Part shown: positions 10,997 to 20,756 of the stretch, in pieces
Layout of the letters: each line of letters begins with the position of its first letter
Numbering within the stretch: position 1 is the stretch's first letter
Assembly: GCA_947487155.1 (NCBI GenBank)
Contig: CANKVS010000007.1
Location: 17,020 to 81,019, forward strand
Reading direction: 5' to 3'
From: an uncultured Flaviramulus sp.
GTDB lineage: Bacteria; Bacteroidota; Bacteroidia; Flavobacteriales; Flavobacteriaceae
DNA length: 64,000 nucleotides
Translations under genes and position numbers: made by a program
The notes under the pieces: generated by a model
Databases searched by the model: none
What the model saw: only the letters and a program-made list of their open reading frames with translations
What the model was told of the DNA's origin: nothing

Positions 10997-11095
10997 TTAT
11001 TTACCTGTGTTTTTACATTCACATAATTTATTATCGGGTTGTGTCTCGTCGTACACTTCCCAACAATTTGGGCATTGTTTATTTTCTGTTGTCAT
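10997..11095 (-). CDS. Possible 32-aa Cys-rich peptide (MTTENKQCPNCWEVYDETQPDNKLCECKNTGK).
   Basis: Short ORF found by hand in the 277-bp gap between the AhpD-like and AraC genes. It has a CxxC...CxC zinc-knuckle-like pattern. It is too short to judge by coding statistics. Confidence 0.25.
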   Translation of the reverse strand: MTTENKQCPNCWEVYDETQPDNKLCECKNTGK

Positions 11096-11244
11096 ATTTA
11101 TTTTGTTTTAATTTCCTATTAAAGGAAATGATAGTTTTTAAAATCTTAAAACGTTATTAAGACATCTGTTTCTTAATTACAATGCAAATATGCGACAGAA
11201 AGGAAGGGTAGAAAATGGACAAAAGTTCCTAATGATAGGACTGA

Positions 11245-12090
11245 CTATTTTTTATAGTCTTTTTTAAACTGAAGTGGGGATTTTAATGTTGCTTTTTTGA
11301 AGAATCGTGTAAAATAAGCCGAATCATTAAAACCTATATCGTAAGCAATTTCCTTTACAGAATCATCGGTGTAAATTAATTGACGCTTAGCTTCTAAAAT
11401 AATTCTATTTTTTATGAAATCGCTTGGGGTTTGTGTGCCTATTTTTTGAAAGTGTTTTGTTATAGATTTTGGAGACACACCTAATCTATTTGCATAATCG
11501 GTTACAGAATGAAGGGTTTTAAAATTCTGATTTACCAACAAGCTAAAATCTTTAAACAATTTGGTCTCTTCATCGTTCTTAATTATATGATGTTCTTTTT
11601 TAACCCGAACCGAATGTATTATAAATTGTTTTAAGTACGATTGAAGCATATCGTATTGTGCCGTTTCGTTACGTTTAAACTCGTCTATTAAACTTTCTAA
11701 AATAAAATCGAGTTTTTTGGTATCGCTTTCGCAAGGTTTTACAAAAGGGGTTTCATAAACATTATTAAAAAGCACACCGTTGCAAGCCACCTCTTTATCG
11801 TGTGTTTGAATACAATAAAAATCGCGAATAAAAGTAAGCTTATAAGCGGCTTTAATTTTTTCTGAATCTACTTGAAAAACCTGCCCTGGCGACAAGAAAA
11901 AGAGCACATTATCTGTAAAAGAATAACTTTTAAAATCTATATTATAAGTACCCTTGCCTTCCTTAATCCAATAAATACTATAGGCATCAACTTGATTGGG
12001 CTTTTTAAATACGCATGCTTTTTCAAATTTAATTTCGCTAAGCGAAAAAATATCTTTGTATATATACGTTGAAATATCTTGAACAGCCAT
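11245..12090 (-). CDS. AraC-family transcriptional regulator.
   Basis: C-terminal HTH_AraC region (SVKEIAYDIGFNDSAYFTRFFKK); 281 aa. Confidence 0.8.
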   Translation of the reverse strand: MAVQDISTYIYKDIFSLSEIKFEKACVFKKPNQVDAYSIYWIKEGKGTYNIDFKSYSFTDNVLFFLSPGQVFQVDSEKIKAAYKLTFIRDFYCIQTHDKEVACNGVLFNNVYETPFVKPCESDTKKLDFILESLIDEFKRNETAQYDMLQSYLKQFIIHSVRVKKEHHIIKNDEETKLFKDFSLLVNQNFKTLHSVTDYANRLGVSPKSITKHFQKIGTQTPSDFIKNRIILEAKRQLIYTDDSVKEIAYDIGFNDSAYFTRFFKKATLKSPLQFKKDYKK

Positions 12091-12102
12091 TAATTTAATT
12101 AA

Positions 12103-13386
12103 CTATAAGGATGGTTTAGTCGTAATTTTACGCAAATTTAACAACAAAAATACAATTAACGATGGCAGTACCCATCCTAAATTATGTTTTGCCAATGGAA
12201 TAACATTAATAATACCTTGTAGGTTTTCAACAGGGACTAAAAAACTCAAAAAATCGGGAATACTAAAAATAAAAGCAACTAAAACTACGCCTCTAAAAAC
12301 AAGTTTTGGCGCATATTTTTCTGGAATTACATTAAGTAAAATAAGCACAATACATAATGGATAAATAAACATTAATACAGGAAGCGCCACATCTATAATG
12401 TATTTAACTTCCATTTGCCCAACTATAACACCTACCAAACAACAGGTAATAGTTGTAATTATATACGCTTTTTGAGAACCGTTAAAATAGGTCTTAAAAA
12501 AATCTGCAATGCTTACAATAATAGCTACTGCTGTAGTAAAACAAGCTAAAGCAACCAATACGCTTAAAAATGTAGCACCAACGTTTCCTAAAGTTTTTGT
12601 AGCTAAGCCAGAAAGGAGATTGGTTCTAGAAATATCATTATCAAATTGCCCATTATAAAACGCACCAATGGCAATTAAACCTGTATAAATAATAAACAAT
12701 CCCAATATTGCTATAAGTCCAGATTTTGCCACCATTTTTCTTTTTTCGATAAAAGATAAATTGTTTTTAGAGTTATTAATTGAAACCAATACAACGCCTC
12801 CCATAATCATACCAGCCATTGCATCATAAGTTTGGTAACCTTCTAACAATCCGCTTATTATTGGAAGCTCAAAATTTGAAGGTTGAATCGTTGTTTCTGT
12901 AGAAAAAACACCAATAATTATAATGGCTAATACTATTAAAACAATCATTGGCGTTAAATATTTACCAATTATGTTTAATACTTTGTTTCGATTCATCACA
13001 AAAATAAATGCTAATAAAAAATAAACAATACTAGTAAGCAATGCGCTTGAATTAAAAAACGGAGCAATTGCCATCTCATGTGTTACTGCTGCTGTTCTGG
13101 GACAAGGTAATGCTATAGTAATGGCAAACATAGAAAAGCAAAAAATTAAACTAAAAAATGGTGATACTTTTTTACCAAAATCAAACATAGTGCCTTGTAA
13201 TTTAGCATGTGCAAAAATGGCTAATAAAGGAATTACAGTTGCCGATGCTATAAAACCCAACGCAACCAACCACCAATCTGTACCAGAGTTAAACCCTAAT
13301 AGTGGTGGTAAAATTAAATTTCCAGCTCCAAAAAATCCAGCAAATAATGCAAAGCCAAATACAAATGTTTCCTTAGTTTTATTCAT
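12103..13386 (-). CDS. brnQ: Branched-chain amino acid transport system II carrier (LIVCS family).
   Basis: 427-aa protein with 12 TM segments. The N-terminal FGAGNLILPPLLG motif is typical of BrnQ. Confidence 0.75.
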   Translation of the reverse strand: MNKTKETFVFGFALFAGFFGAGNLILPPLLGFNSGTDWWLVALGFIASATVIPLLAIFAHAKLQGTMFDFGKKVSPFFSLIFCFSMFAITIALPCPRTAAVTHEMAIAPFFNSSALLTSIVYFLLAFIFVMNRNKVLNIIGKYLTPMIVLIVLAIIIIGVFSTETTIQPSNFELPIISGLLEGYQTYDAMAGMIMGGVVLVSINNSKNNLSFIEKRKMVAKSGLIAILGLFIIYTGLIAIGAFYNGQFDNDISRTNLLSGLATKTLGNVGATFLSVLVALACFTTAVAIIVSIADFFKTYFNGSQKAYIITTITCCLVGVIVGQMEVKYIIDVALPVLMFIYPLCIVLILLNVIPEKYAPKLVFRGVVLVAFIFSIPDFLSFLVPVENLQGIINVIPLAKHNLGWVLPSLIVFLLLNLRKITTKPSL

Positions 13387-13421
13387 TTGATGATTTTATC
13401 TTTGCCTAAGATAGTTTAAAA

Positions 13422-14201
13422 ATGATTTTAGAGTATAAAGGCATTAATATTTTTTATTCGGATGATGGTAAAGGTGATACCATAGTACTGCTTCATGGCT
13501 TTTTAGAAAACAGCACCATGTGGCTACCTTTTATCTCTTCTTTTTCAGAAAAAAATAGAGTTATTTGTATCGATTTATTAGGTCATGGTAAAACGGATAG
13601 CTTGGGTTATATACATAGTATGGAACTTATGGCTACATGTGTTGAAGCTGTTCTTAATCATCTTAAAATTAAACAAGCTACTTTTATTGGTCATTCCATG
13701 GGTGGTTATGTCGCATTAGCTTTTGCCGAAAACTATCCCGACAAAGTAAATGGACTATGCTTAATGAATTCTACGGCTCAAGACGATTCTTCTGAAAGAA
13801 AAGCAAACAGGAGTAGAGCCATTTTAGCAGTTAAACAAAACCATAAAACATTTATAAGGTTGGCTGTTTCAAATTTATTCGGATTAAAAAACAGAACGCT
13901 TTTTTCTAAAGAAATAACGCATACAATAGACCAAGCATTACAGACACCTTTACAGGGAATTATTGCCGCATTAGAGGGTATGAAAATAAGACCTGATAGG
14001 CAATCTGTTTTTAAATCGGCTAAATTTAAAAAAATGATAATCGTTAGTAAAAACGATCCTGTTTTAGAATACAATTCATTAATTAATGAAGCAAAAAACT
14101 ACAGCGCTAAACTAGTAGAATTTCCTGATGGACATATGAGCCATATTGAAAACGAAAGTGATTTCTCATTTAATATACTGCATTTTGTCGAAAAAACATA
14201 A
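13422..14201 (+). CDS. Alpha/beta-fold hydrolase.
   Basis: HGF oxyanion region and a GHSMGG nucleophile elbow; 259 aa. Confidence 0.75.
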   Translation: MILEYKGINIFYSDDGKGDTIVLLHGFLENSTMWLPFISSFSEKNRVICIDLLGHGKTDSLGYIHSMELMATCVEAVLNHLKIKQATFIGHSMGGYVALAFAENYPDKVNGLCLMNSTAQDDSSERKANRSRAILAVKQNHKTFIRLAVSNLFGLKNRTLFSKEITHTIDQALQTPLQGIIAALEGMKIRPDRQSVFKSAKFKKMIIVSKNDPVLEYNSLINEAKNYSAKLVEFPDGHMSHIENESDFSFNILHFVEKT

Positions 14202-14231
14202 CGTTTTGTCGTTTTTTATGATAATTTCATT

Positions 14232-14528
14232 ATGTTTATTGCTCAAAAACAGAACATTATGCAAAAACCTACTACGAATAAACCTACTTTAATACCTAAA
14301 ATGTACTGTAATCTTTTCGGACATGACTTTCAAGTAACTAAAAAAGTAACTTACCACGTTAAGGAATATACGTGCAACCACTGCAAAAAACAATTAACCA
14401 CAAACAGTAACGGAAGTTTAATTGAGCTTACCCCAAAGTTTAGAGAGATTAATGCCATTTTAGAACGCATCCACAACTCGAAAATGCTACGTTCAAAGAA
14501 AAAAATGGTCGGTTCATCGATTTATTAA
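14232..14528 (+). CDS. Small Cys/His zinc-ribbon-like protein, paralog 1. The start is more likely the ATG at 14301 (MYCNLFGHDFQ...).
   Basis: It shares C-x-x-FGH-D/N ... C-x-x-CKKQLTT ... LTPKF-EIN-LERI with 14603-14851, and more distantly with 20757-20954. Confidence 0.6.
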   Translation: MFIAQKQNIMQKPTTNKPTLIPKMYCNLFGHDFQVTKKVTYHVKEYTCNHCKKQLTTNSNGSLIELTPKFREINAILERIHNSKMLRSKKKMVGSSIY

Positions 14529-14602
14529 CAATACATAAAACGCAATAGAATCATTTTTAATACTTTAACAGACTCTCTAAACTAATTAAGCAAAACCAGA
14601 GT

Positions 14603-14851
14603 ATGAAAAACATTCATTGCAAGGTGTTTGGTCATGATTTTCAAGTAACAAGACATGTAACATATCATGTTAAAGAATATGCATGCAAAAACTGCAAAAA
14701 ACAATTAACCACAAGTAGCAATGGTGGTTTAACCGACCTAACGCCTAAGTTTAAAGAAATTAATGATGTGTTAGAACGCATTTATTACAAACGCACTACT
14801 AGAGTTAATAGACAGCCAATAAATCCTAACTTATTAGTTTTTAAGCATTAA
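14603..14851 (+). CDS. Small Cys/His zinc-ribbon-like protein, paralog 2.
   Basis: About 65% identical to paralog 1 over the core (HCKVFGHDFQVTRHVTYHVKEYACKNCKKQLTTSSNGGLTDLTPKFKEINDVLERI). Confidence 0.6.
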   Translation: MKNIHCKVFGHDFQVTRHVTYHVKEYACKNCKKQLTTSSNGGLTDLTPKFKEINDVLERIYYKRTTRVNRQPINPNLLVFKH

Positions 14852-15887
14852 AATTTTTCCAGCCTTGTGCTTTTAATGGTATTCTAGATTCTGCTCTAGT
14901 TACTAAATGCATACCAGCTTCTGCTTCTCTCATAAACCCTACAACTGTAAAATTTGGGTTTGCCTTTATTTTAGAGTAATCGTCTTGAGAAATTGTAAAC
15001 AAAAGTTCGTAGTCTTCACCGCCATTTAAAGCAACCGTCGTACTATCTATATTAAATTCTTCACAGGTAGAAATAACAACAGGATCTAAAGGGATTTTTT
15101 CTTCATATAAATCGCAACCAACATTACTTGCTTTGCATAAATGTATTATTTCAGAAGAAAGCCCGTCGCTAACATCAATCATCGAAGATGGTTTTACATC
15201 TAAATCTTTCAATAACTCAACAATATCTTTACGTGCTTCTGGCTTTAATTGGCGTTCAATAATATAAGAATACGCATCTAAATCGGGTTGACTATTAGGG
15301 TTTACTTTATAAACTTCTTTCTCTCGTTCAAGAACTTGCAACCCCATATATGCACCACCTAAATCGCCAGTTACAACAAGTAAATCGTTAGGTTTTGCAC
15401 CATTTCTGTAAACCTCATCATCATCTTCAACTTCACCAATAGCTGTTACCGAAATTAGTAATCCTGTAGTAGAAGACGTGGTATCGCCACCAACTAAATC
15501 TATGTTATAAATATTGGCTGCTGTTTCTATTCCAGCATATAAATCTTCAAGGGCTTCTAAAGGAAATCTATTCGACACAGCAATAGAAACTGTTATTTGA
15601 GTTGCCTTAGCATTCATTGCATAAACATCAGACAAATTAACCATAACCGCTTTATAACCTAAATGCTTTAAGGGCATATAACTTAAATCGAAATGAACAC
15701 CTTCAACAAGCAAATCGGTTGTAACCACAATTTTTTTGTTTTCAAAATTTAAAACTGCCGCATCATCACCAATAGCTTTAACGGTCGATTTATGATTGAT
15801 TTTAAACTTTTCTGTTAAATGATCTATAAGTGCAAACTCACCTAAATCACTTAATTGCGTGCTTTGTTGATTTTTATCTTCTATCAT
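14841..15887 (-). CDS. thiL: Thiamine-monophosphate kinase.
   Basis: AIR-synthase-related fold (PurM-like N and C domains) and a ThiL-type N-terminus (LGEFALIDHL...IGDDAAV). Confidence 0.8.
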   Translation of the reverse strand: MIEDKNQQSTQLSDLGEFALIDHLTEKFKINHKSTVKAIGDDAAVLNFENKKIVVTTDLLVEGVHFDLSYMPLKHLGYKAVMVNLSDVYAMNAKATQITVSIAVSNRFPLEALEDLYAGIETAANIYNIDLVGGDTTSSTTGLLISVTAIGEVEDDDEVYRNGAKPNDLLVVTGDLGGAYMGLQVLEREKEVYKVNPNSQPDLDAYSYIIERQLKPEARKDIVELLKDLDVKPSSMIDVSDGLSSEIIHLCKASNVGCDLYEEKIPLDPVVISTCEEFNIDSTTVALNGGEDYELLFTISQDDYSKIKANPNFTVVGFMREAEAGMHLVTRAESRIPLKAQGWKNFNA

Positions 15888-16160
15888 GCTGCAAAAATAA
15901 GAAGCCTATTTATATTTATTAGCACTAATGCGCTATAAAACCGTCTATGAAATGCATCAATTGTTAATCAACTAAACTATTTTAACATTAAAGCTATTAA
16001 GATATAATGGTTTTAAGTTAAATTTGTTTATACACATATTGTTGTGTTAATAGAATAATCCCGTCTAATTACTAACAACAATATTGCATAAAAAGCACCG
16101 TTTTAATTAATGCTATGATTTAAAACACCCGCTATAATTGAAAAAGATTAATTTAAAAAA

Positions 16161-17411
16161 TTGCAAAGAATGAACATTTTACAAAGCAACCTTTCTATAT
16201 TAAAAATTTTAATTTTTGGATGTTTTACGGTTATTACGTTTCAAAGTTGTAATGATGATGATCGTCCTGTTAGCAACACGTCTACAATAGTACCTTGCGA
16301 AAATGGGTTTGCTGATATATACCCTTGTAACGATTACGATTTAATGGCTCAAGTTCCATTAGCTACTTTTGGAGCTGCTGCAGGAAATGATTCTTGGGGT
16401 TGGACAGACCCTACCAACGGTAAAGAATATGCTTTAATGGCAACCAACACAAACGTTGTATTTGTAGACATAACAGACACTACAAATCCCATTTATTTAG
16501 GAAACGTACCAACAGCAACTATTAACAGCTCATGGCGAGATGTAAAAGTTTATAACAATCATGCATTCATTGTTGCAGATAATGCCGATAACCATGGCAT
16601 GCAAGTATTTGATTTAATGCGATTACGCAATGTGGCAAACCCACCAGAAGTTTTTGCTCCCGATGCACATTTAACCGATTTTGGAAGTGCTCATAACATT
16701 GTTATTAATCATGATAGCGGCTACGCCTATGTTGTTGGTACAAACAGAAATGACACGTATGCGGGAGGGCCTTTGTTTATAAATATTCAAAATCCAACAG
16801 CCCCAATATTTGAAGGCGGTTTTGGTGAAGGCGGCTATTCTCACGATGCCCAAGTGGTTACCTATGCTGGTTTAGATACCGATTATACTGGTCGTGAAAT
16901 ACTTATTGGAAGTAACGAAAATGAAGTTGTTATTGCTGATGTAACAGATAAATCGAATCCTATTAAAATTTCAGATATAAGTTATAGTAATGTAAGATAT
17001 GCGCATCAAGGGTGGTTTACCGAAGATATGAAGTATTTTATATTAGGTGATGAATTAGATGAACTACGAGTAGGAAATAATACCCGAACTCTTATTTTCG
17101 ATTTTACAGATTTAGATGCACCTGCGTTTCATTTCGATTACATAGGACCATCGGCAGCTATAGACCACAATGGCTATGTAAAAAACAATAGCTACTATTT
17201 TGCAAACTATAGAGCTGGATTAAGAGTTCTTGATATTTCTCAAATTGAAAATAGATTGTTTACCGAAATTGGTTTTTTTGACACATATCCAGAAAATGAT
17301 GGAACCGATTTTGATGGTGCTTGGAATGTCTATCCCTATTTCCCTAGCGGAAATATTATAATTAGCGATATTAATAGAGGGCTTTTTGTAGTTAGAAAAA
17401 GTGGTTCTTAA
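16161..17411 (+). CDS. Secreted lipoprotein with LVIVD-type beta-propeller repeats (choice-of-anchor B-like).
   Basis: Signal peptide followed by a Cys at the lipobox. It has repeated hydrophobic-hydrophobic-x-D blade motifs (AFIVADNADN, YAYVVGTN, VVIADVTD, YFILGDELDE, IIISDINRGLFVV). Confidence 0.6.
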   Translation: MQRMNILQSNLSILKILIFGCFTVITFQSCNDDDRPVSNTSTIVPCENGFADIYPCNDYDLMAQVPLATFGAAAGNDSWGWTDPTNGKEYALMATNTNVVFVDITDTTNPIYLGNVPTATINSSWRDVKVYNNHAFIVADNADNHGMQVFDLMRLRNVANPPEVFAPDAHLTDFGSAHNIVINHDSGYAYVVGTNRNDTYAGGPLFINIQNPTAPIFEGGFGEGGYSHDAQVVTYAGLDTDYTGREILIGSNENEVVIADVTDKSNPIKISDISYSNVRYAHQGWFTEDMKYFILGDELDELRVGNNTRTLIFDFTDLDAPAFHFDYIGPSAAIDHNGYVKNNSYYFANYRAGLRVLDISQIENRLFTEIGFFDTYPENDGTDFDGAWNVYPYFPSGNIIISDINRGLFVVRKSGS

Positions 17412-17422
17412 AGCTTTTTGCT

Positions 17423-18781
17423 ATGCAAATAAGTAATAGAAAATACACACTACTATGCAAAACTATTTTTGCCTTTACTTTAGTTTTTAATTGTTCAACA
17501 AAAAATGAACCTGTAGAAGTTCCTGGTGATTTTCAAACAGAAATTAATGACATAATAACGTTAGGTGGTACAAAAAACGAAAGCGCACAAGCCATTACTA
17601 AAACTTCAGATGGTGGTTATGCCATTTTAGGATATACGCAAAGTTTAGATGGTGATGTAGAAAATAAAACCAACGAATCTTACGACTATTGGTTATTAAA
17701 ATTTAACGCAACCAACACCTTACAATGGCAAAAAACATTTGGTGGGAGTGATGACGATAGAGGACGTAGTTTATTACAAACTAACGATGGTGGTTATGCC
17801 CTTTTTGGTTACTCTCAAAGTACAGATGGCGATATTACAGAAAATGCCGGTGCTAGAGATTTCTGGATGTCTAAATTAGATGGTTCTGGGAATATCTCTT
17901 GGCAAAAATCTTATGGTTTTTCGGGGGCAGATGATGGGATTTCAATTATTCAAACTAATGATAATGGTTATCTTTTAACTGGCGTTATAGATGTTTCAGC
18001 ATCTGGCGGGCAAGGTAATAGCAAAACAACTTTAGCAAAAAGACACGCTGGTGGCGACTATTGGGTTATTAAACTTAATGCAGCAGGCAACAAACAATGG
18101 AGTAGGTATTTTGGGGGTACATTTACAGATACGCCTTACGATGCCATTCAAACTGAAGATAATGGTTATATTATTGTAGGCTCGTCAGATAGTAACGATG
18201 TAGATATTAAAAACAACAAAGGCTCTTATGATTTTTGGATTATAAAAATTTCTGAAACAGGCACATTAATTTGGGAAAAGTCTTTTGGAGGTTCGGAAGT
18301 TGATGAAGCCCAAGCCATTACCAAATCTTCCGATGGCAATTATGTTATTATTGGTGATACTAGAAGTAGTGATTTAGACGTTTCTAAAAATAAAGGAGCT
18401 GCCGATTTATGGATGATTAAAATCTCGCCTTCGGGCACGTTAATTTGGGAAAAAACATTTGGTGGCAGTAGTTTTGATTCTGGTTGTTCTATCTCCAACA
18501 CACAAGATGACGGGTTTATAATTTCGGGAAGTTCTCGAAGTTCTGATGGTGATCTTACAAACAATCAGGGTCAAAACGACGTTTGGGTTTTAAAAACGAA
18601 CAATCAAGGCGATTTACAATGGCAAAAAACCATTGGTGGTTCCAATATCGATTTTGCTTTTGATAGTATTGAACTCGATAACGGAACCGTTATCACCGTA
18701 GGTGAATCTGCAAGTTCTGATGCCGATATATTAGAAAACAAAGGCTTTACCGACGCACTAATTTTTAAAATAAACCGATGA
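17423..18781 (+). CDS. Secreted beta-propeller repeat protein (about 8 repeats of roughly 55 aa).
   Basis: It has a recurrent ...W(Q/E)K(T/S)FGGS..D.......T.DGGY...G.S.S.DGD... unit. Its stop overlaps the start of the next gene (ATGA). Confidence 0.6.
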   Translation: MQISNRKYTLLCKTIFAFTLVFNCSTKNEPVEVPGDFQTEINDIITLGGTKNESAQAITKTSDGGYAILGYTQSLDGDVENKTNESYDYWLLKFNATNTLQWQKTFGGSDDDRGRSLLQTNDGGYALFGYSQSTDGDITENAGARDFWMSKLDGSGNISWQKSYGFSGADDGISIIQTNDNGYLLTGVIDVSASGGQGNSKTTLAKRHAGGDYWVIKLNAAGNKQWSRYFGGTFTDTPYDAIQTEDNGYIIVGSSDSNDVDIKNNKGSYDFWIIKISETGTLIWEKSFGGSEVDEAQAITKSSDGNYVIIGDTRSSDLDVSKNKGAADLWMIKISPSGTLIWEKTFGGSSFDSGCSISNTQDDGFIISGSSRSSDGDLTNNQGQNDVWVLKTNNQGDLQWQKTIGGSNIDFAFDSIELDNGTVITVGESASSDADILENKGFTDALIFKINR

Positions 18782-19539
18782 AAAAAATAATCTACATACT
18801 TATAGTAACACTGTTATTTTCTTGTCATACTGATAATGATGATAATGTGTTTCAAGTTAACACAACATTCAACTTTATTCATTATTGGGATGACACTAAA
18901 GTAACCAATACCGATTTTAATACCATTCAATATACCAATGCAAATGGCGAAGAAATGAGTATTGAAAAACTACGCTATTTAATTTCAAAAATTACGTTTC
19001 AAAAATCAACAGGAGAAACCTTTGTGCTCGATGGTTATAATTTAGTCGATGTTACAAACGGCACCAATTTATCGTTTACATCCACTACAACAGTTCCAAC
19101 GGGCGATTATACTAACGTAGTTTTTACCTTTGGGTTTAATAACGACGATAATGCTGCTAATTACCAAGACTTAAATTCTGCATCTTGGAGCGTTCCTGCA
19201 ATACTTGGTGGAGGGTATCATTTTATGCAATTAGAGGGGAAGTTTATTGACAATACAACAACTGAAACAGGGTATGCATATCATGCTATTAGAGCGGTAG
19301 ACAATTCTAAAACACCGCAAGAATTTCAAGATACATTTATTGAAGTTGACCTAGGTGAAGTATCCATTACAAAAGAAGCTACATTTGAAATTAAAATGAA
19401 TATTGCCGAATGGTTTAAAAGTCCAAATATTTGGGATTTGAATGTATTAAACAATATGTTAATGCCTAATTTTAATGCTCAAGTCATGATTTTTGAAAAT
19501 GGGCAAAATGTTTTTAGTTTAGAATCTATAACACAATAG
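18778..19539 (+). CDS. MbnP-like periplasmic lipoprotein (partner of a di-haem peroxidase).
   Basis: 253-aa lipoprotein (LFSC lipobox) translationally coupled to the upstream gene and immediately upstream of a di-haem CCP. Its size and context match MbnP-MbnH pairs. Confidence 0.5.
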   Translation: MKKIIYILIVTLLFSCHTDNDDNVFQVNTTFNFIHYWDDTKVTNTDFNTIQYTNANGEEMSIEKLRYLISKITFQKSTGETFVLDGYNLVDVTNGTNLSFTSTTTVPTGDYTNVVFTFGFNNDDNAANYQDLNSASWSVPAILGGGYHFMQLEGKFIDNTTTETGYAYHAIRAVDNSKTPQEFQDTFIEVDLGEVSITKEATFEIKMNIAEWFKSPNIWDLNVLNNMLMPNFNAQVMIFENGQNVFSLESITQ

Positions 19540-19557
19540 TTTTTTTAAAATGAACTG

Positions 19558-20622
19558 ATGAAAAAATGGCTGTTCCATATTAGTTCTCTTTTTATTTTCA
19601 TTTGTTTATCATGTTCAAATGAAAGTACAAATGAATACGTTCCAACACCAAGTCCTTTACAAATTCCGCAATTTTTTCAAGACAATATTCTAAATCCTAT
19701 TATCCCAAATAGTAATCCACAAACTATTGAAGGTATTACTTTAGGAAAAAAACTATTTTTCGATCCTATTTTATCGGGAGATAATACGCAAGCCTGTGCC
19801 GATTGTCATGCTCCAGAACATGCGTTTTCTGATACCGATAGGTTTAGTGACGGTATTGACGGCATTGTAGGTAATCGTAATTCCATGCCCCTATTTAATT
19901 TAGCATGGAATTATGATGAAAAATTTTTTTGGGATGGTAAATCATTTAGCTTAGAGCATCAAGCATTTGTGCCTGTTACTAGCCCAATTGAAATGAAAAG
20001 CACATGGCAAGAGGTAGCACAAAAATTGCAACAACATTCAGAATATCCCAATCTGTTTAATCAAGCATTTGGCACATCAACAATCGATTCAACATTGGTA
20101 ACAAAAGCTATTGCTCAATTTGAAAGAACTTTAATTTCATCAAATTCAAAATTCGATAAACATCTTTTAAGTGGAGCCACTTTAACCCCAGAAGAACGCA
20201 ATGGTTTTAATGTGTTTATGGATGAAACCAAAGGCGATTGTTTTCATTGCCACGGCAGTGATAAAAACCCGCTTTGGACCGACAATATTTTTCATAACAA
20301 CGGCTTAAATGCAATCATTACAGATTTAGGATTAGGTGCAGTAACTGGAGACCCTGCAGATAATGGAAAGTTTAAATCGCCATCATTACGAAATCTAGCG
20401 TTTACAGCACCTTACATGCACGATGGCAGGTTTGCCACACTCGACGAGGTTATTAATCATTATAGCGAAGGCTTGAAAAACTCAACAACAATTGATCCTT
20501 TAATGAAAAAAGTAGCTCAAGGAGGTGTGCAACTTTCGGCACAAGACAAAGCCGATTTAAAAGCTTTTTTATTATCGCTTTCAGATTATGAGTTTATAAA
20601 TAATCCTAACTTTAAAAATTAA
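19558..20622 (+). CDS. Di-haem cytochrome c peroxidase family protein (MbnH/MauG-like).
   Basis: Two CxxCH haem-binding motifs (CADCH and CFHCH) with CCP-family spacing; 354 aa with a signal peptide. Confidence 0.8.
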   Translation: MKKWLFHISSLFIFICLSCSNESTNEYVPTPSPLQIPQFFQDNILNPIIPNSNPQTIEGITLGKKLFFDPILSGDNTQACADCHAPEHAFSDTDRFSDGIDGIVGNRNSMPLFNLAWNYDEKFFWDGKSFSLEHQAFVPVTSPIEMKSTWQEVAQKLQQHSEYPNLFNQAFGTSTIDSTLVTKAIAQFERTLISSNSKFDKHLLSGATLTPEERNGFNVFMDETKGDCFHCHGSDKNPLWTDNIFHNNGLNAIITDLGLGAVTGDPADNGKFKSPSLRNLAFTAPYMHDGRFATLDEVINHYSEGLKNSTTIDPLMKKVAQGGVQLSAQDKADLKAFLLSLSDYEFINNPNFKN

Positions 20623-20756
20623 AAGTTCCTACTTATAGAAGCTAAAATTTATAGTTGAATTTTAAAACCTTAACGCATTTCATCGAAAAAACAAACGCTT
20701 TCATCTATTATTTAAAAGATTTTGTTATGTTTATCTCCCCCTAAGAATTAATTATT

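Noticed and set aside
13121-13390. 89-aa plus-strand ORF.
   Set aside because: It lies entirely antisense within brnQ (12103-13386), which has a clear 12-TM product. It is a shadow ORF.
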